NCBI GenBank assembly: GCA_965649295.1
Contig: CBFGKH010000008.1
Coordinates: 1 to 64,000 of the forward strand
Direction: 5' to 3'
Length of the DNA: 64,000 bases
From: a candidate division WOR-3 bacterium
GTDB lineage: Bacteria > Hydrothermota > Tepidihabitantia > Tepidihabitantales > Tepidihabitantaceae
Part shown: piece by piece, positions 47,595 to 56,044 of the stretch
Numbering within the stretch: the stretch's first letter is position 1
How the letters are laid out: every line of letters begins with the position of its first letter
The notes under the pieces: generated by a model
What the model was told of the DNA's origin: nothing
Databases searched by the model: none
The model's input: the letters and a program-made list of their open reading frames with translations, nothing else
Translations under genes and position numbers: made by a program

Positions 47595-48086
47595 TCAAGG
47601 AAGCGGGGCAGAACCCGCAGGCGGCGATGGGTTTTGAGGTTTGTCCTCCGCTGGGTCATCGAGCCGCAGCCGGTCGTCTGGTTGCTGCGGCGCAAAGCGC
47701 TGTTCAAGGTAGGCGATTATCGGGCTTGGGTCTTCGGGCAAGAGCAGATGGACCCCGCGAAAGTTGTTCAGGTAGGTCTTGTGCGCAAACGGTGAGAGCA
47801 CGATGCCGCCGGTTGTCCGATACCACTTCCGAAACTGCCCCCAGTCGTAGTGAGTGCGAAAGAGCCGCTTGTCAATATCAATACCCCCGTCGCTGAACCG
47901 CACCGTAATCGGCAGAAAATAGGCGTTGAGGGCAACAAAGAGAATCAGGGCTGCCAGCAACGCCAGCACCAGCCCGAAATAGACGAGCGAGAAACCAAGT
48001 AGCAGCACGATGAAGGCAACAACCGCAACCGTCTTACCCGGGTTCTCGCGGGCCCGGTGAACGCGCCAGATCAGTTCCGCCGGCAC
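47595..48086 (-). CDS. Hypothetical membrane protein
   Basis: Two TM segments then a soluble domain; start overlaps the upstream gene's stop. Confidence 0.65.
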   Translation of the reverse strand: MPAELIWRVHRARENPGKTVAVVAFIVLLLGFSLVYFGLVLALLAALILFVALNAYFLPITVRFSDGGIDIDKRLFRTHYDWGQFRKWYRTTGGIVLSPFAHKTYLNNFRGVHLLLPEDPSPIIAYLEQRFAPQQPDDRLRLDDPAEDKPQNPSPPAGSAPLP

Positions 48087-49789
48087 TAGCGCAAGACTAC
48101 AACCTTGGCGGTGCGACCGGTCGCTGGCGAGACGAAGAAATAGACGCCGGGCCGTAGCCGCGATGCATTCGCAGTACGAGAAAACAGACGACCAGCGTCA
48201 GCCCAGCCAACCCAGCGGCCAATGGCATCAAAGACCACTGCTTGGTCAGTGCCAAGCTGGTGAGTAGTGCCTTGTTCGACCACTCCAGTCATTGTATCGC
48301 CAATGGCGAACGGCTGGGGCGTGATAGCGGTTGCGCTGTCGGTTGAACGCAGCAGCGTGTAACGGATGTAACAGTCCGGCGAAACCACACCCACAGGCAC
48401 CAGCCACTGAAACCGACCGCCGTCCGGCAGCGACTCGGCAATCACCGTCCACGGCCCGGAATCGCCGGTCGTTGAGAGCTCCAATCTAACCCAGGCCCCA
48501 GCCGTGTCCGGCCGGCTGCTCCACCAGTCAACGAACTGCACCGAGCCAGCGGCAAACTTCTCCCGGCCGCGCGGAAAGACCGGCCGGATAGAAAGAACAG
48601 TTGCGCTCGTGGTCTCGGCAAAGACGTGCAGCACATTGTTGTCACTAGGCCAGGAACCTTCACGGGTGACAAAAGCGATATCGGGCCGGCCGTTATGGTC
48701 AAAGTCCCAGCCAGTGACAAGAGCAGAGTAGGTACCCGGTGATGGTGTCGTGATCGTCGCCGCTTGGGTCCAGCTCGCACCGCCATTACCGAGCCAGACC
48801 GTGGTTGCGCCACCGCCCAGCGCCACGACATCGCCATAACCGTCGCCGTTCATGTCACAGATACGCGCCGCCCGCAGCGAGCCGGCGGTGGGCAAACCGG
48901 TCGAGATGTTCTGCCAGCGGCCCAAGCCCAGATTGTAGTCCCAGACCTCGATACCCCCGCTGGAAGTGGCATACACCACCTCGCAACAGCCATCATTGTC
49001 AATGTCACCGGCAGAAATCCCGTTCAGCCCATAATCTGACCGTGGCAGACCAGTGGAGCCATCAACAAAGTTGCCGGTGCCATCCCCCAAATAGACCGGT
49101 GGCCCGGCAGAACCAGCGACAATATCGGCATTGCCGTCGCCATTCACATCACAAAACCGAAACTCCATTGTGCTGTTGATACGGTTGCCAACCAGGCCGA
49201 AGGACTGGGTCCAGGTACCGTCCCGATTGTTCAGAAATACCCGCAGCCCCACCCCCGAACCGAACGAACATGAACCGATATCGAGGTCGCCGTCATTGTC
49301 AACGTCGGCAAAATCGGTCGTGAACATGCCCCAGACCGTTCCACCCGGTATTAGCCCATCATCCCAGGCGGTCCACATCCGACCAGTACCATCGCCCAGC
49401 GCAACCTCAAGCATATCGTCACCAAGGTCGCCCGACGCATAGTTGTGATGCATCCCATAACCGACATCCCAGCGCCCGTCCCAGTTCACATCACCCACGG
49501 CAATGCCGCCGTAGCCAAACTCACCGTATTGATAAATGCTCCAGTTGCCGCGGCCGTCACCAAACCAGACCATCACCCCGTGCTCATCGGTCCCGACGTA
49601 CGGGCTGCCATGGTCGCCAATGGAGAGAATATCAACGTTACCGTCGTTATTGATGTCGGCAAACTCAAGCTCGGTACGGCCGCCTTCCCAGTTCGGCGGA
49701 CGCAGACCATTGGGCCGCTCGGCATAGCCAAGCTGGCCAGAGCTGGCCCCAACAAGCAGGCAGAAGAGCAGAACTGAAACCAATCGCAC
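48086..49789 (-). CDS. Secreted FG-GAP/VCBS repeat protein with T9SS-like tail
   Basis: Repeated D.N.DG..D motifs, signal peptide after AGGAGG-GTG 49789, tail FDAIGR...LRPGVYF...KVVVLR. Confidence 0.85.
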   Translation of the reverse strand: MRLVSVLLFCLLVGASSGQLGYAERPNGLRPPNWEGGRTELEFADINNDGNVDILSIGDHGSPYVGTDEHGVMVWFGDGRGNWSIYQYGEFGYGGIAVGDVNWDGRWDVGYGMHHNYASGDLGDDMLEVALGDGTGRMWTAWDDGLIPGGTVWGMFTTDFADVDNDGDLDIGSCSFGSGVGLRVFLNNRDGTWTQSFGLVGNRINSTMEFRFCDVNGDGNADIVAGSAGPPVYLGDGTGNFVDGSTGLPRSDYGLNGISAGDIDNDGCCEVVYATSSGGIEVWDYNLGLGRWQNISTGLPTAGSLRAARICDMNGDGYGDVVALGGGATTVWLGNGGASWTQAATITTPSPGTYSALVTGWDFDHNGRPDIAFVTREGSWPSDNNVLHVFAETTSATVLSIRPVFPRGREKFAAGSVQFVDWWSSRPDTAGAWVRLELSTTGDSGPWTVIAESLPDGGRFQWLVPVGVVSPDCYIRYTLLRSTDSATAITPQPFAIGDTMTGVVEQGTTHQLGTDQAVVFDAIGRWVGWADAGRLFSRTANASRLRPGVYFFVSPATGRTAKVVVLR

Positions 49790-49938
49790 ATGGCCTCCTG
49801 GTTGCCTGCCCATTATGCGCCAATGCGACCAACGTCGCAAGCCCGGAGCAAACCGCTCGCCGAAATCACTGCCAGTGCCCCCAGAATCTCAGCCTAGACC
49901 GATTGTGCAAGCAAGAAACGCTATCTCTGAGCGCTGGG

Positions 49939-50409
49939 CTATTCTGTTTCACCTTTCAGGTATTCAACCAGCGGAGTAATCTCATCCTGCCTCACCCGGT
50001 CGAAATCGGCGGCCTTCATCAACTTCATCACTGCCCGTTCGAGCAGGCTCAGCTTGCTGAGCACAAGCCGGCCAGGCAGGGCAAAGAAACGGATGTTACG
50101 CCGCACATCCTCGGGCACCGCCCGCTCAAAATCAGTGACTATCCGGCGGTCACCCGGTGGCCGGGCGGTCACCGCAAAGAAGGCCTGTCGCCTGCCAACC
50201 AGCCGCGGCGCCCACTCCTGCACCAGCCCAGCGATCTTCAGCCGTCCGGCATAGAACGGACAGCCGAACACCACGGCATCATAGGCGGCAAGGTCCAGCC
50301 CCTTTGCCTGCTTCAGCTCCGCAACATCAGCACCGATCGCGGCCCCAATCCACTCGGCATACTGCCGCGTGCTGCCGTACTTGGAGTAATAGACGACGAT
50401 TGCCTTCAC
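49939..50409 (-). CDS. Flavodoxin-domain protein (HemG-like)
   Basis: VVYYSKYGST.QYA..I, YDAVVFG. Confidence 0.85.
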   Translation of the reverse strand: MKAIVVYYSKYGSTRQYAEWIGAAIGADVAELKQAKGLDLAAYDAVVFGCPFYAGRLKIAGLVQEWAPRLVGRRQAFFAVTARPPGDRRIVTDFERAVPEDVRRNIRFFALPGRLVLSKLSLLERAVMKLMKAADFDRVRQDEITPLVEYLKGETE

Positions 50410-50499
50410 GCTGCTCCTTTTTCACGCCAGTATGCCCGAACTAGCGATCCGAATCAACTACCTGTCGCGGCGCAAGCGCAGAAGGGTGGTATGTTGCCT

Positions 50500-50529
50500 T
50501 GGTACTTAAAGTCCGTGGACATAAATGCA
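50500..50529 (+). promoter_or_regulatory. C-box operator upstream of controller gene 1
   Basis: GTACTTAAAGTCC-GT-GGACATAAATGCA, matching the GACT-N3-AGTC / central GT layout of R-M controller operators. Confidence 0.7.
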
Positions 50530-50550
50530 GCAAAGCTGAACATATGGAAG

Positions 50551-50763
50551 ATGACCAGCATCCAACGTCGCTTCGGTAAGCGGCTGCGTGAGCTGCGGCA
50601 GCTGCGGAGACTCTCGCAAGAAGCGCTGTCGTTCGAGGCCGGACTTGACCGTTCCTACGTTGGGCAAGTCGAGCGTGGCGAGCGCAATATCTCCATTCAG
50701 AACATCGAGAAACTGGCCCGGGCGTTACGGGTAAAGATTGCAGAGTTATTCCGGGGCGTCTGA
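50551..50763 (+). CDS. XRE HTH controller (C-protein-like)
   Basis: FG..LRELR....SQE.L...AGLDRSYVGQVERGERNISI.NI.KLA.AL. Confidence 0.88.
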   Translation: MTSIQRRFGKRLRELRQLRRLSQEALSFEAGLDRSYVGQVERGERNISIQNIEKLARALRVKIAELFRGV

Positions 50764-50791
50764 TGGCGGAGCTGTTATCATCCCAGCGCCG

Positions 50792-51301
50792 TCATAGCCG
50801 CAGCGGATCAATTAGCAGCTCGCGGTAATCAGGCGCTTGTTTCTTCGCATCACCAAGGGTTATTTTGCATTCTCTACGGAAGCGCTCTCTCGGTTGTTCC
50901 CAAATAACGATAGTGATACTAGTCCTCTGCGGATTGGCAAAATAGTCGCCGAAATCTAACCAAAGTAGGTAATCAGCGGCTATGTCCTTCTTGCCGAGAT
51001 TCTGAAATGCGCTGGCACCTGTCGCCTTCACCTCCACCCGAAGCTCACGTCCGTCAATAGACACCAGCAGGTCCGCCACGCGGCCACCCGGCTGGACAAT
51101 GGCACCATTCAGTCTGTCTGCCACCAGTCCTTTGGTAAGCGCCCGTTCTGCAATTGACTCGGTGAGAATGGATGGAATCTTGGGGAATTGAATGTAGGCC
51201 GCGAGCGGCTGTGTCCGCCGCAAACCTTCCAGGTGTGCAAACTCAGCCCGCAGTAGCTCGATGAGCTGCGCAATCTCGTGGCTGGATAGCAGCCGACGCA
51301 C
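50792..51301 (-). CDS. Putative PD-(D/E)XK restriction-type endonuclease
   Basis: ADLLV......VEVKATG; lower GC; GTG 51301 follows TACGAT (ORF track start 51334 overlaps the operator). Confidence 0.55.
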   Translation of the reverse strand: MRRLLSSHEIAQLIELLRAEFAHLEGLRRTQPLAAYIQFPKIPSILTESIAERALTKGLVADRLNGAIVQPGGRVADLLVSIDGRELRVEVKATGASAFQNLGKKDIAADYLLWLDFGDYFANPQRTSITIVIWEQPRERFRRECKITLGDAKKQAPDYRELLIDPLRL

Positions 51302-51333
51302 TGTGCATCGTAACGCTGGCCCTATCGAGTACA

Positions 51334-51350
51334 ACGGACTTTAAGTACCA
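51334..51350 (-). promoter_or_regulatory. Second copy of the C-box, upstream of the nuclease
   Basis: Exact 17-nt inverted repeat of 50500-50516 (TGGTACTTAAAGTCCGT). Confidence 0.75.
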
Positions 51351-51392
51351 CAATCGTTGACAGACTCTCTGTCTGCCTTACAGTACCTGGCG

Positions 51393-51785
51393 ATGATTGG
51401 TAACGCAGTGCCGAGCCGAATCTGGCGGTGGGTCGACCGCGTACTTTGCCCAGTTACCGACGATATCGGCTGCGAGGAGAAAGACGACTATCTACTGCAC
51501 TACGAAGGCTGGGGTGGTTTCTGCGTCGTTCCGGTGTGGGACCCGGAGTTGCCCGACAACGAAAACGAAGAGAATGCACTGGCATATGCCGAAGAGCTGA
51601 GTGGCGACGTCATAGCGGAGTGGCAGCGTGAGCACAGGACTACGCACCGGCTAGTTGAGTGCGGTCATGTACCCAATGCTGCTTACGGCTTGACGTGGGC
51701 GTTGTTTGTCCGCGTCAGGCGCAGGCGGAAAGTCGGCAACCGAACACCCAAACCACGGCAAGTTCGGGCAGACGCGGCCCACTAA
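51393..51785 (+). CDS. Hypothetical protein
   Basis: ATG after TTGACA-16-TACAGT; acidic ORF with no recognised motif. Confidence 0.5.
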   Translation: MIGNAVPSRIWRWVDRVLCPVTDDIGCEEKDDYLLHYEGWGGFCVVPVWDPELPDNENEENALAYAEELSGDVIAEWQREHRTTHRLVECGHVPNAAYGLTWALFVRVRRRRKVGNRTPKPRQVRADAAH

Positions 51786-51802
51786 GACAGCCACCGCCAA
51801 GC

Positions 51803-52021
51803 TTAGCGAAGCTCTTTCACTAGCCCTGCGACTCGCACGCCCAGTGTCTTGGCCAGCCTGACTAGGTTCTCGATGCCAATGTTCTTCTCGCCACGCTCGA
51901 TGCGGCCGACATAGGTGCGGTCCATATCGGCCATTTCGGCGAGCTTCTCTTGCGACCAGCCGCGTTTGAGCAGGTAGTAGCGAATCCGACGGCCCACGAG
52001 TTTCTTTGGGTCTCTGTCCAC
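51803..52021 (-). CDS. XRE HTH controller (C-protein-like), copy 2
   Basis: G..IR......GWSQEKLAE.A.MDRTYVGRIERGEKNI.IENL..LA..L. Confidence 0.88.
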   Translation of the reverse strand: MDRDPKKLVGRRIRYYLLKRGWSQEKLAEMADMDRTYVGRIERGEKNIGIENLVRLAKTLGVRVAGLVKELR

Positions 52022-52041
52022 TGACGGATTATCGCCTGCGT

Positions 52042-52069
52042 GCCCTATCAGGCAACGCCCTTTTAGGGC
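52042..52069 (-). promoter_or_regulatory. C-box-like double operator of controller 2
   Basis: Minus strand GCCCTAAAAGGGC-GT-TGCCTGATAGGGC, then GATAAT 6 nt before the GTG. Confidence 0.65.
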
Positions 52070-52232
52070 GCGGCCAGAATCTACTCACAGAGGATCGGTC
52101 ACCGCTGCCAACCGGCGCTTGTGACAAAACCAGGGGACAGACGCGCAGCAGCAAGAACTAGACAGGACTCTGGCTGGCCCCGCGTCGTGCGGCGCTTGCC
52201 CGCGTCAAGGCTGGGCAGTATGCTTTGCCGCA

Positions 52233-52628
52233 ATGCTGGCCGGTAAGAGACTACGGCGCCTCACTTGGCCGGACGTATTGCTGCTGGTCGGGCTGGTAGC
52301 CCTGCCGGTCTGGTCGCTGGTGCAGGCCCGGCATACTGTCAACGGCCCAGCAGCCGCCTATGTCTTCGAGGCCGACAGGTTGCAGGGTGTCTATCCGCTC
52401 AACCGGAGTCAGACAGTGCGCGTGAGCGGGCCTGATGGCGGCCACGTGCTGATTGAGATTGCCGAAGGTCGGGTGCGAGTGGCTGAATCAAGCTGTCCTG
52501 AGCAGTTGTGTGTGCGCACTGGCTGGGTGACGCGGCCGGGGCGGCCGATTGTTTGCCTGCCGAACAAGGTGCTGGTCGAAGTACGACGTGCGGCCACCAA
52601 ATCCGACGTGGATGCCGAGAGCCATTAG
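52233..52628 (+). CDS. NusG domain II (DUF1312) exported protein
   Basis: N-terminal TM, VRV.ESSCP.QLCV..GW....G.PIVCLPNKV. Confidence 0.9.
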   Translation: MLAGKRLRRLTWPDVLLLVGLVALPVWSLVQARHTVNGPAAAYVFEADRLQGVYPLNRSQTVRVSGPDGGHVLIEIAEGRVRVAESSCPEQLCVRTGWVTRPGRPIVCLPNKVLVEVRRAATKSDVDAESH

Positions 52629-52636
52629 AGGGCGCT

Positions 52637-53878
52637 GTGCCGAGTGACGAGCTTGCAGCGGTTGAGCTTGATGGCGGTGGAACTGCCACGATCCGGCGGC
52701 TGGCAGCACTGGTTGCGGCTGCCAGTGTGCTGCAGGTGGCAGAGTCGCTGCTACCGCATCCGTTGCCCGGCGTCCGGCTGGGGCTGGCGAACGTGATGAC
52801 GCTGGTGGCAATGGTCGGTCTGGGCACGCAGGCAGCAATTGCGCTGACGGTTGCGCGGACGCTGGTCAGTGCCATCCTGCTGGGCACGCTTTTCGCGCCG
52901 GCTTTCTGGCTCAGTTTTGCGGGTGGGTTCGCCAGCACCAGTGTGATGGCTGGATTGTATCTCTGGTCACGACGGTTTCCTGCTGTGGGCTTTGGTCTGG
53001 TTGGCATCAGCGTGGCTGGTGCGGTTACGCACATAATGGTGCAGGTGGCGCTGGTGTATCTGGTCTTCGTTCGCAATCCCGGTGTGCTCCTGCTCTGGCC
53101 ATGGCTCGGCCTGGCCGCGGTGGCAGCCGGCGTCCTAACCGGCCTGATTGCTGCCCAGGCAATAGAGCAATTGCAGGCTGGTGACCAAGAAAGGCTGGCA
53201 ACTGCAGCCAGAGTCGCAGCCAACGGCCCGGATGCTGAGGGGCGACCGCTGCCAGGCCGATCCTGGATGGCGACCGGGGCACGAACCTGGGCCGAGCGAA
53301 TCGCACCGGAGTGGAAGATTGTCCTCGTACTGGCGCTCGGGATTGGTGTGGTCGTCTGGGAGGACTACGTGTTCTATCTTGTGGTTCTGCTGCTTCTCCT
53401 TGGGCTGGCGTTTGCCGCCGGCATCAAGGCCGGGCCGCTGTGGCGCAATGTTGGCCGGCTCTGGCCCCTGGCCCTATTCGCGCTGGTCGTGCCACTCCTC
53501 TTCACAACAACCGGCCGGGTATTGCTGGTGCTGGGGTCGTGGCGGCTGACAGCCGACGGACTTCGACAGGGCTTGGTTTTCGTCTGGCGACTGGTCCTGC
53601 TCTATTCTGCCACCACCCTGCTTGCGGCGACGACGCGGCCCGGTCGGCTCGCCGCTGGCTTGGGGCGGCTGCTCGGGCCGCTACGCTGGTTCGGTATCAG
53701 ACCAGGGCGCTTAGGTGCGCTGCTGGTTCTCGCTTGGGATGGTTTTGGCTGGCTCTGGGCTGAAGCCGGTAGCATAATTCGCACTCTCGGCCGCGCAACA
53801 ACACCGACCGGTTTCATACGCATACCCGGAGCAGTGGTTGCCCGACTTTACTGGCTGGCACTGGCCCGGACACGATAG
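52637..53878 (+). CDS. Gx transporter (HepS component I-like) fused to an EcfT/CbiQ-like domain
   Basis: ES..P.P.PGVRLGLAN, S.AGG, GISV.GA..H...Q; C-terminal half PEWKI, T.DGL..G....WRL, TT.P..L..GL..LL.PL..FG. Confidence 0.75.
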   Translation: MPSDELAAVELDGGGTATIRRLAALVAAASVLQVAESLLPHPLPGVRLGLANVMTLVAMVGLGTQAAIALTVARTLVSAILLGTLFAPAFWLSFAGGFASTSVMAGLYLWSRRFPAVGFGLVGISVAGAVTHIMVQVALVYLVFVRNPGVLLLWPWLGLAAVAAGVLTGLIAAQAIEQLQAGDQERLATAARVAANGPDAEGRPLPGRSWMATGARTWAERIAPEWKIVLVLALGIGVVVWEDYVFYLVVLLLLLGLAFAAGIKAGPLWRNVGRLWPLALFALVVPLLFTTTGRVLLVLGSWRLTADGLRQGLVFVWRLVLLYSATTLLAATTRPGRLAAGLGRLLGPLRWFGIRPGRLGALLVLAWDGFGWLWAEAGSIIRTLGRATTPTGFIRIPGAVVARLYWLALARTR

Positions 53879-53880
53879 CG

Positions 53881-54441
53881 ATGGCCGACTTGCAGCCAAA
53901 CCTTGAGCAGGAGCTGGTCCGACAAGCCCAGGCCGGCGACCTGGCCGCTTTTGAGAAACTGGTAAGCGAGCACCAGCGTCCCCTGTTCAACTATCTCTAT
54001 CGAATGTGCGGCAATCGCGCCGATGCCGAGGAGCTGACGCAAGCGGCGTTGGTCCGCTCCTGGGAATCGCTGGCCGGCTTCCGTGGCCGTTCAAGCTTCA
54101 AGACTTGGCTGTTTCGCATCGGGATGAATCTATTCTACAATCACCGAACCCGGCAGCGGCCAACTGAGGAGCTCGATGAACAACTGCCCGCCGGCCAAGC
54201 AGCCGAGCCACACGAACAACATGCTCAGCGAATCCGCGAGCAGGTTGTGGCTGCGGCACTGGCAAAACTGCCCGCGGACCAGCGGTCAGCACTGGTTTTG
54301 GCGGTGTATGAGCAGTTGAGCTATCGCGAGATTGCTAGGGCAATGGGCAAGACTGAGCGGGCAGTGGATTCGCTGCTCGTGCGAGCAAGGCAGAACCTGC
54401 GCCGGATATTGGGACAGGCTCGCGAGCAGGGACTTGTCTAG
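53881..54441 (+). CDS. ECF RNA polymerase sigma factor
   Basis: GDLAAFE.LV, DAEELTQ, F.G.SSFKTWLFRI, LSYREIA. Confidence 0.92.
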   Translation: MADLQPNLEQELVRQAQAGDLAAFEKLVSEHQRPLFNYLYRMCGNRADAEELTQAALVRSWESLAGFRGRSSFKTWLFRIGMNLFYNHRTRQRPTEELDEQLPAGQAAEPHEQHAQRIREQVVAAALAKLPADQRSALVLAVYEQLSYREIARAMGKTERAVDSLLVRARQNLRRILGQAREQGLV

Positions 54442-54486
54442 CGGCGCAGGATATGGCAGAAAAGTGTGTCTAACAAGGTGAAGACG

Positions 54487-54912
54487 ATGCGGTGCAAGAA
54501 AGCAGAGAGCCTCCTTTCGGCATACCTTGATGCCGAGCTTGCCTGGCAGTCGCAAGATGCGCTGGAGCAGCACCTTAGCGGCTGCCCGGCCTGCCGAACA
54601 AAGCTTGAAGAGCTGCGGGCTGACCACGCGTTACTAAAGTCGGTCCCCCCGCCCGAGCCTAGTGCTTTCCTAGCAACAAGGGCGATGGCCGAAATCAGGG
54701 CCGGACGTGCCCAACGTCAGCATCTTGGGTTGTGGCGCGCCTTGAGCACAATTGCCGCGGCCCTGTTGATTGCAATAAGTGCCGGCGTCGGTACTTTTGT
54801 TGGCGTGGGACTGGCTGACCAGAGCAGCCACCACGATAGTGGCGGGCTGCTTGAAATTGGCACGACCGACCCGGTGGTCGAGCTTGCCCAGACAGTAGTT
54901 GGAGGCGAATGA
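54487..54912 (+). CDS. zf-HC2 anti-sigma factor
   Basis: LSAYLD.EL, HLSGCPAC, one TM. Confidence 0.9.
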   Translation: MRCKKAESLLSAYLDAELAWQSQDALEQHLSGCPACRTKLEELRADHALLKSVPPPEPSAFLATRAMAEIRAGRAQRQHLGLWRALSTIAAALLIAISAGVGTFVGVGLADQSSHHDSGGLLEIGTTDPVVELAQTVVGGE

Positions 54913-55382
54913 TGCGCGGCCGCTGGATGATGGTAGTGGCGGTAGCCTCGCTGGTTCTGAATGTGATGGTTGTCGGCAGCTTCCTGTTTCTGCGGTTTCG
55001 GCGCCCACCGCGACCACCATTCCATCGAATGGGGCCGGACCTGCGGCAGCGGGCTGACTGTATCTATGCCGAGTCGCGACCTGAGGCCGAACGGCTGATG
55101 CGCGAGAACGAACGGCTGCGGGCAATGCTGGCCGAGGAGATTCTCCGTAAGGATTCAGATGAACGCCGGCTTGATTCGCTCAGCAATGAGGTCGGCCGTA
55201 TTCACGGCCAGATGACCGCGCTGGCCTATCGCAATGCCCGGCGTGTCGTCAGCCTGCTGCCCGAACCCGAACGGCGCCGATTCATTGAAGATTTGCAGCG
55301 GCCTGGGCCGGGGCCCGGCCTGCGCTGGCGGAGGCACCGTTTCCACTGCCCGCCTGGACCGCCGCCTGACGACGGAAATTGA
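54909..55382 (+). CDS. Periplasmic heavy-metal sensor / Spy-like protein
   Basis: SLVLN signal anchor, helical core, LLPEPERRRF. Confidence 0.72.
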   Translation: MMRGRWMMVVAVASLVLNVMVVGSFLFLRFRRPPRPPFHRMGPDLRQRADCIYAESRPEAERLMRENERLRAMLAEEILRKDSDERRLDSLSNEVGRIHGQMTALAYRNARRVVSLLPEPERRRFIEDLQRPGPGPGLRWRRHRFHCPPGPPPDDGN

Positions 55383-55407
55383 TGCCCAGACCCAAGGAGT
55401 AGAACCA

Positions 55408-55929
55408 ATGAAGCGACTCATTACCACCCTAGCAGTAATCCTCGTGGCTGGCCTGGCTGTAGCCCAGCCGATGCATAATTGTCCGGGCTGTCCGTCTGCC
55501 GAGCCGCGACCACCCGTACCGGCCCCGATGATGATGGAACCAGCCCCGGATAACGAGCTGCCCGAGCTGACCGCTGAGCAGCAGGACCGGATGGATGTGG
55601 CCAAACAGAACCATCTGCGGACGATTCTGCCAATCGAGACCGACCTGCAGATAAAGGAGCTGGAGCTCGCCGCACTCTGGCGGGCCGAAAAGTTCGATGC
55701 CCGAAAGATCACGGCCAAAGTTCGAGAGATAAGCGAACTGCGTGGCCGGCTGGAGCTCGAACGGGTCAATCACTTGTTGGCAGTCCGCGAAATCCTCACT
55801 CCTGAACAGCGCAAGGGCTTTATGCCGATGCTGTTCGGCCGTGGGCCCCGTGGTCCGCTGCCGGGCCGGGGCCGAATGCGCGGCTGTGGGCCAGGCCGCG
55901 ACTGCCCGGGCGACTGTCACGACGACTAA
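55408..55929 (+). CDS. Spy/CpxP family periplasmic chaperone
   Basis: AAGGAG RBS, signal peptide, LTAEQ and ILTPEQ (LTxxQ) motifs. Confidence 0.85.
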   Translation: MKRLITTLAVILVAGLAVAQPMHNCPGCPSAEPRPPVPAPMMMEPAPDNELPELTAEQQDRMDVAKQNHLRTILPIETDLQIKELELAALWRAEKFDARKITAKVREISELRGRLELERVNHLLAVREILTPEQRKGFMPMLFGRGPRGPLPGRGRMRGCGPGRDCPGDCHDD

Positions 55930-55959
55930 CTAGTCCCTCAGCACTAGCGGCTCGGTCAC

Positions 55960-55988
55960 GGGCCGGGGGAAACCTCCTCCCCCGGCCC
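55960..55988 (+). terminator. GC hairpin after the spy gene
   Basis: GGGCCGGGGGA-aacctcc-TCCCCCGGCCC; no clear U tract. Confidence 0.5.
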
Positions 55989-56044
55989 AATTGCTGCTGA
56001 CAAAGCCTTGACTTTGTTTCTAGTTACGGCATATTGAGGCGGTA

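Noticed and set aside
49903..50550. Long N-terminal extension on the XRE protein
   Set aside because: It is antisense to the flavodoxin gene; the real start is ATG 50551 after the C-box.
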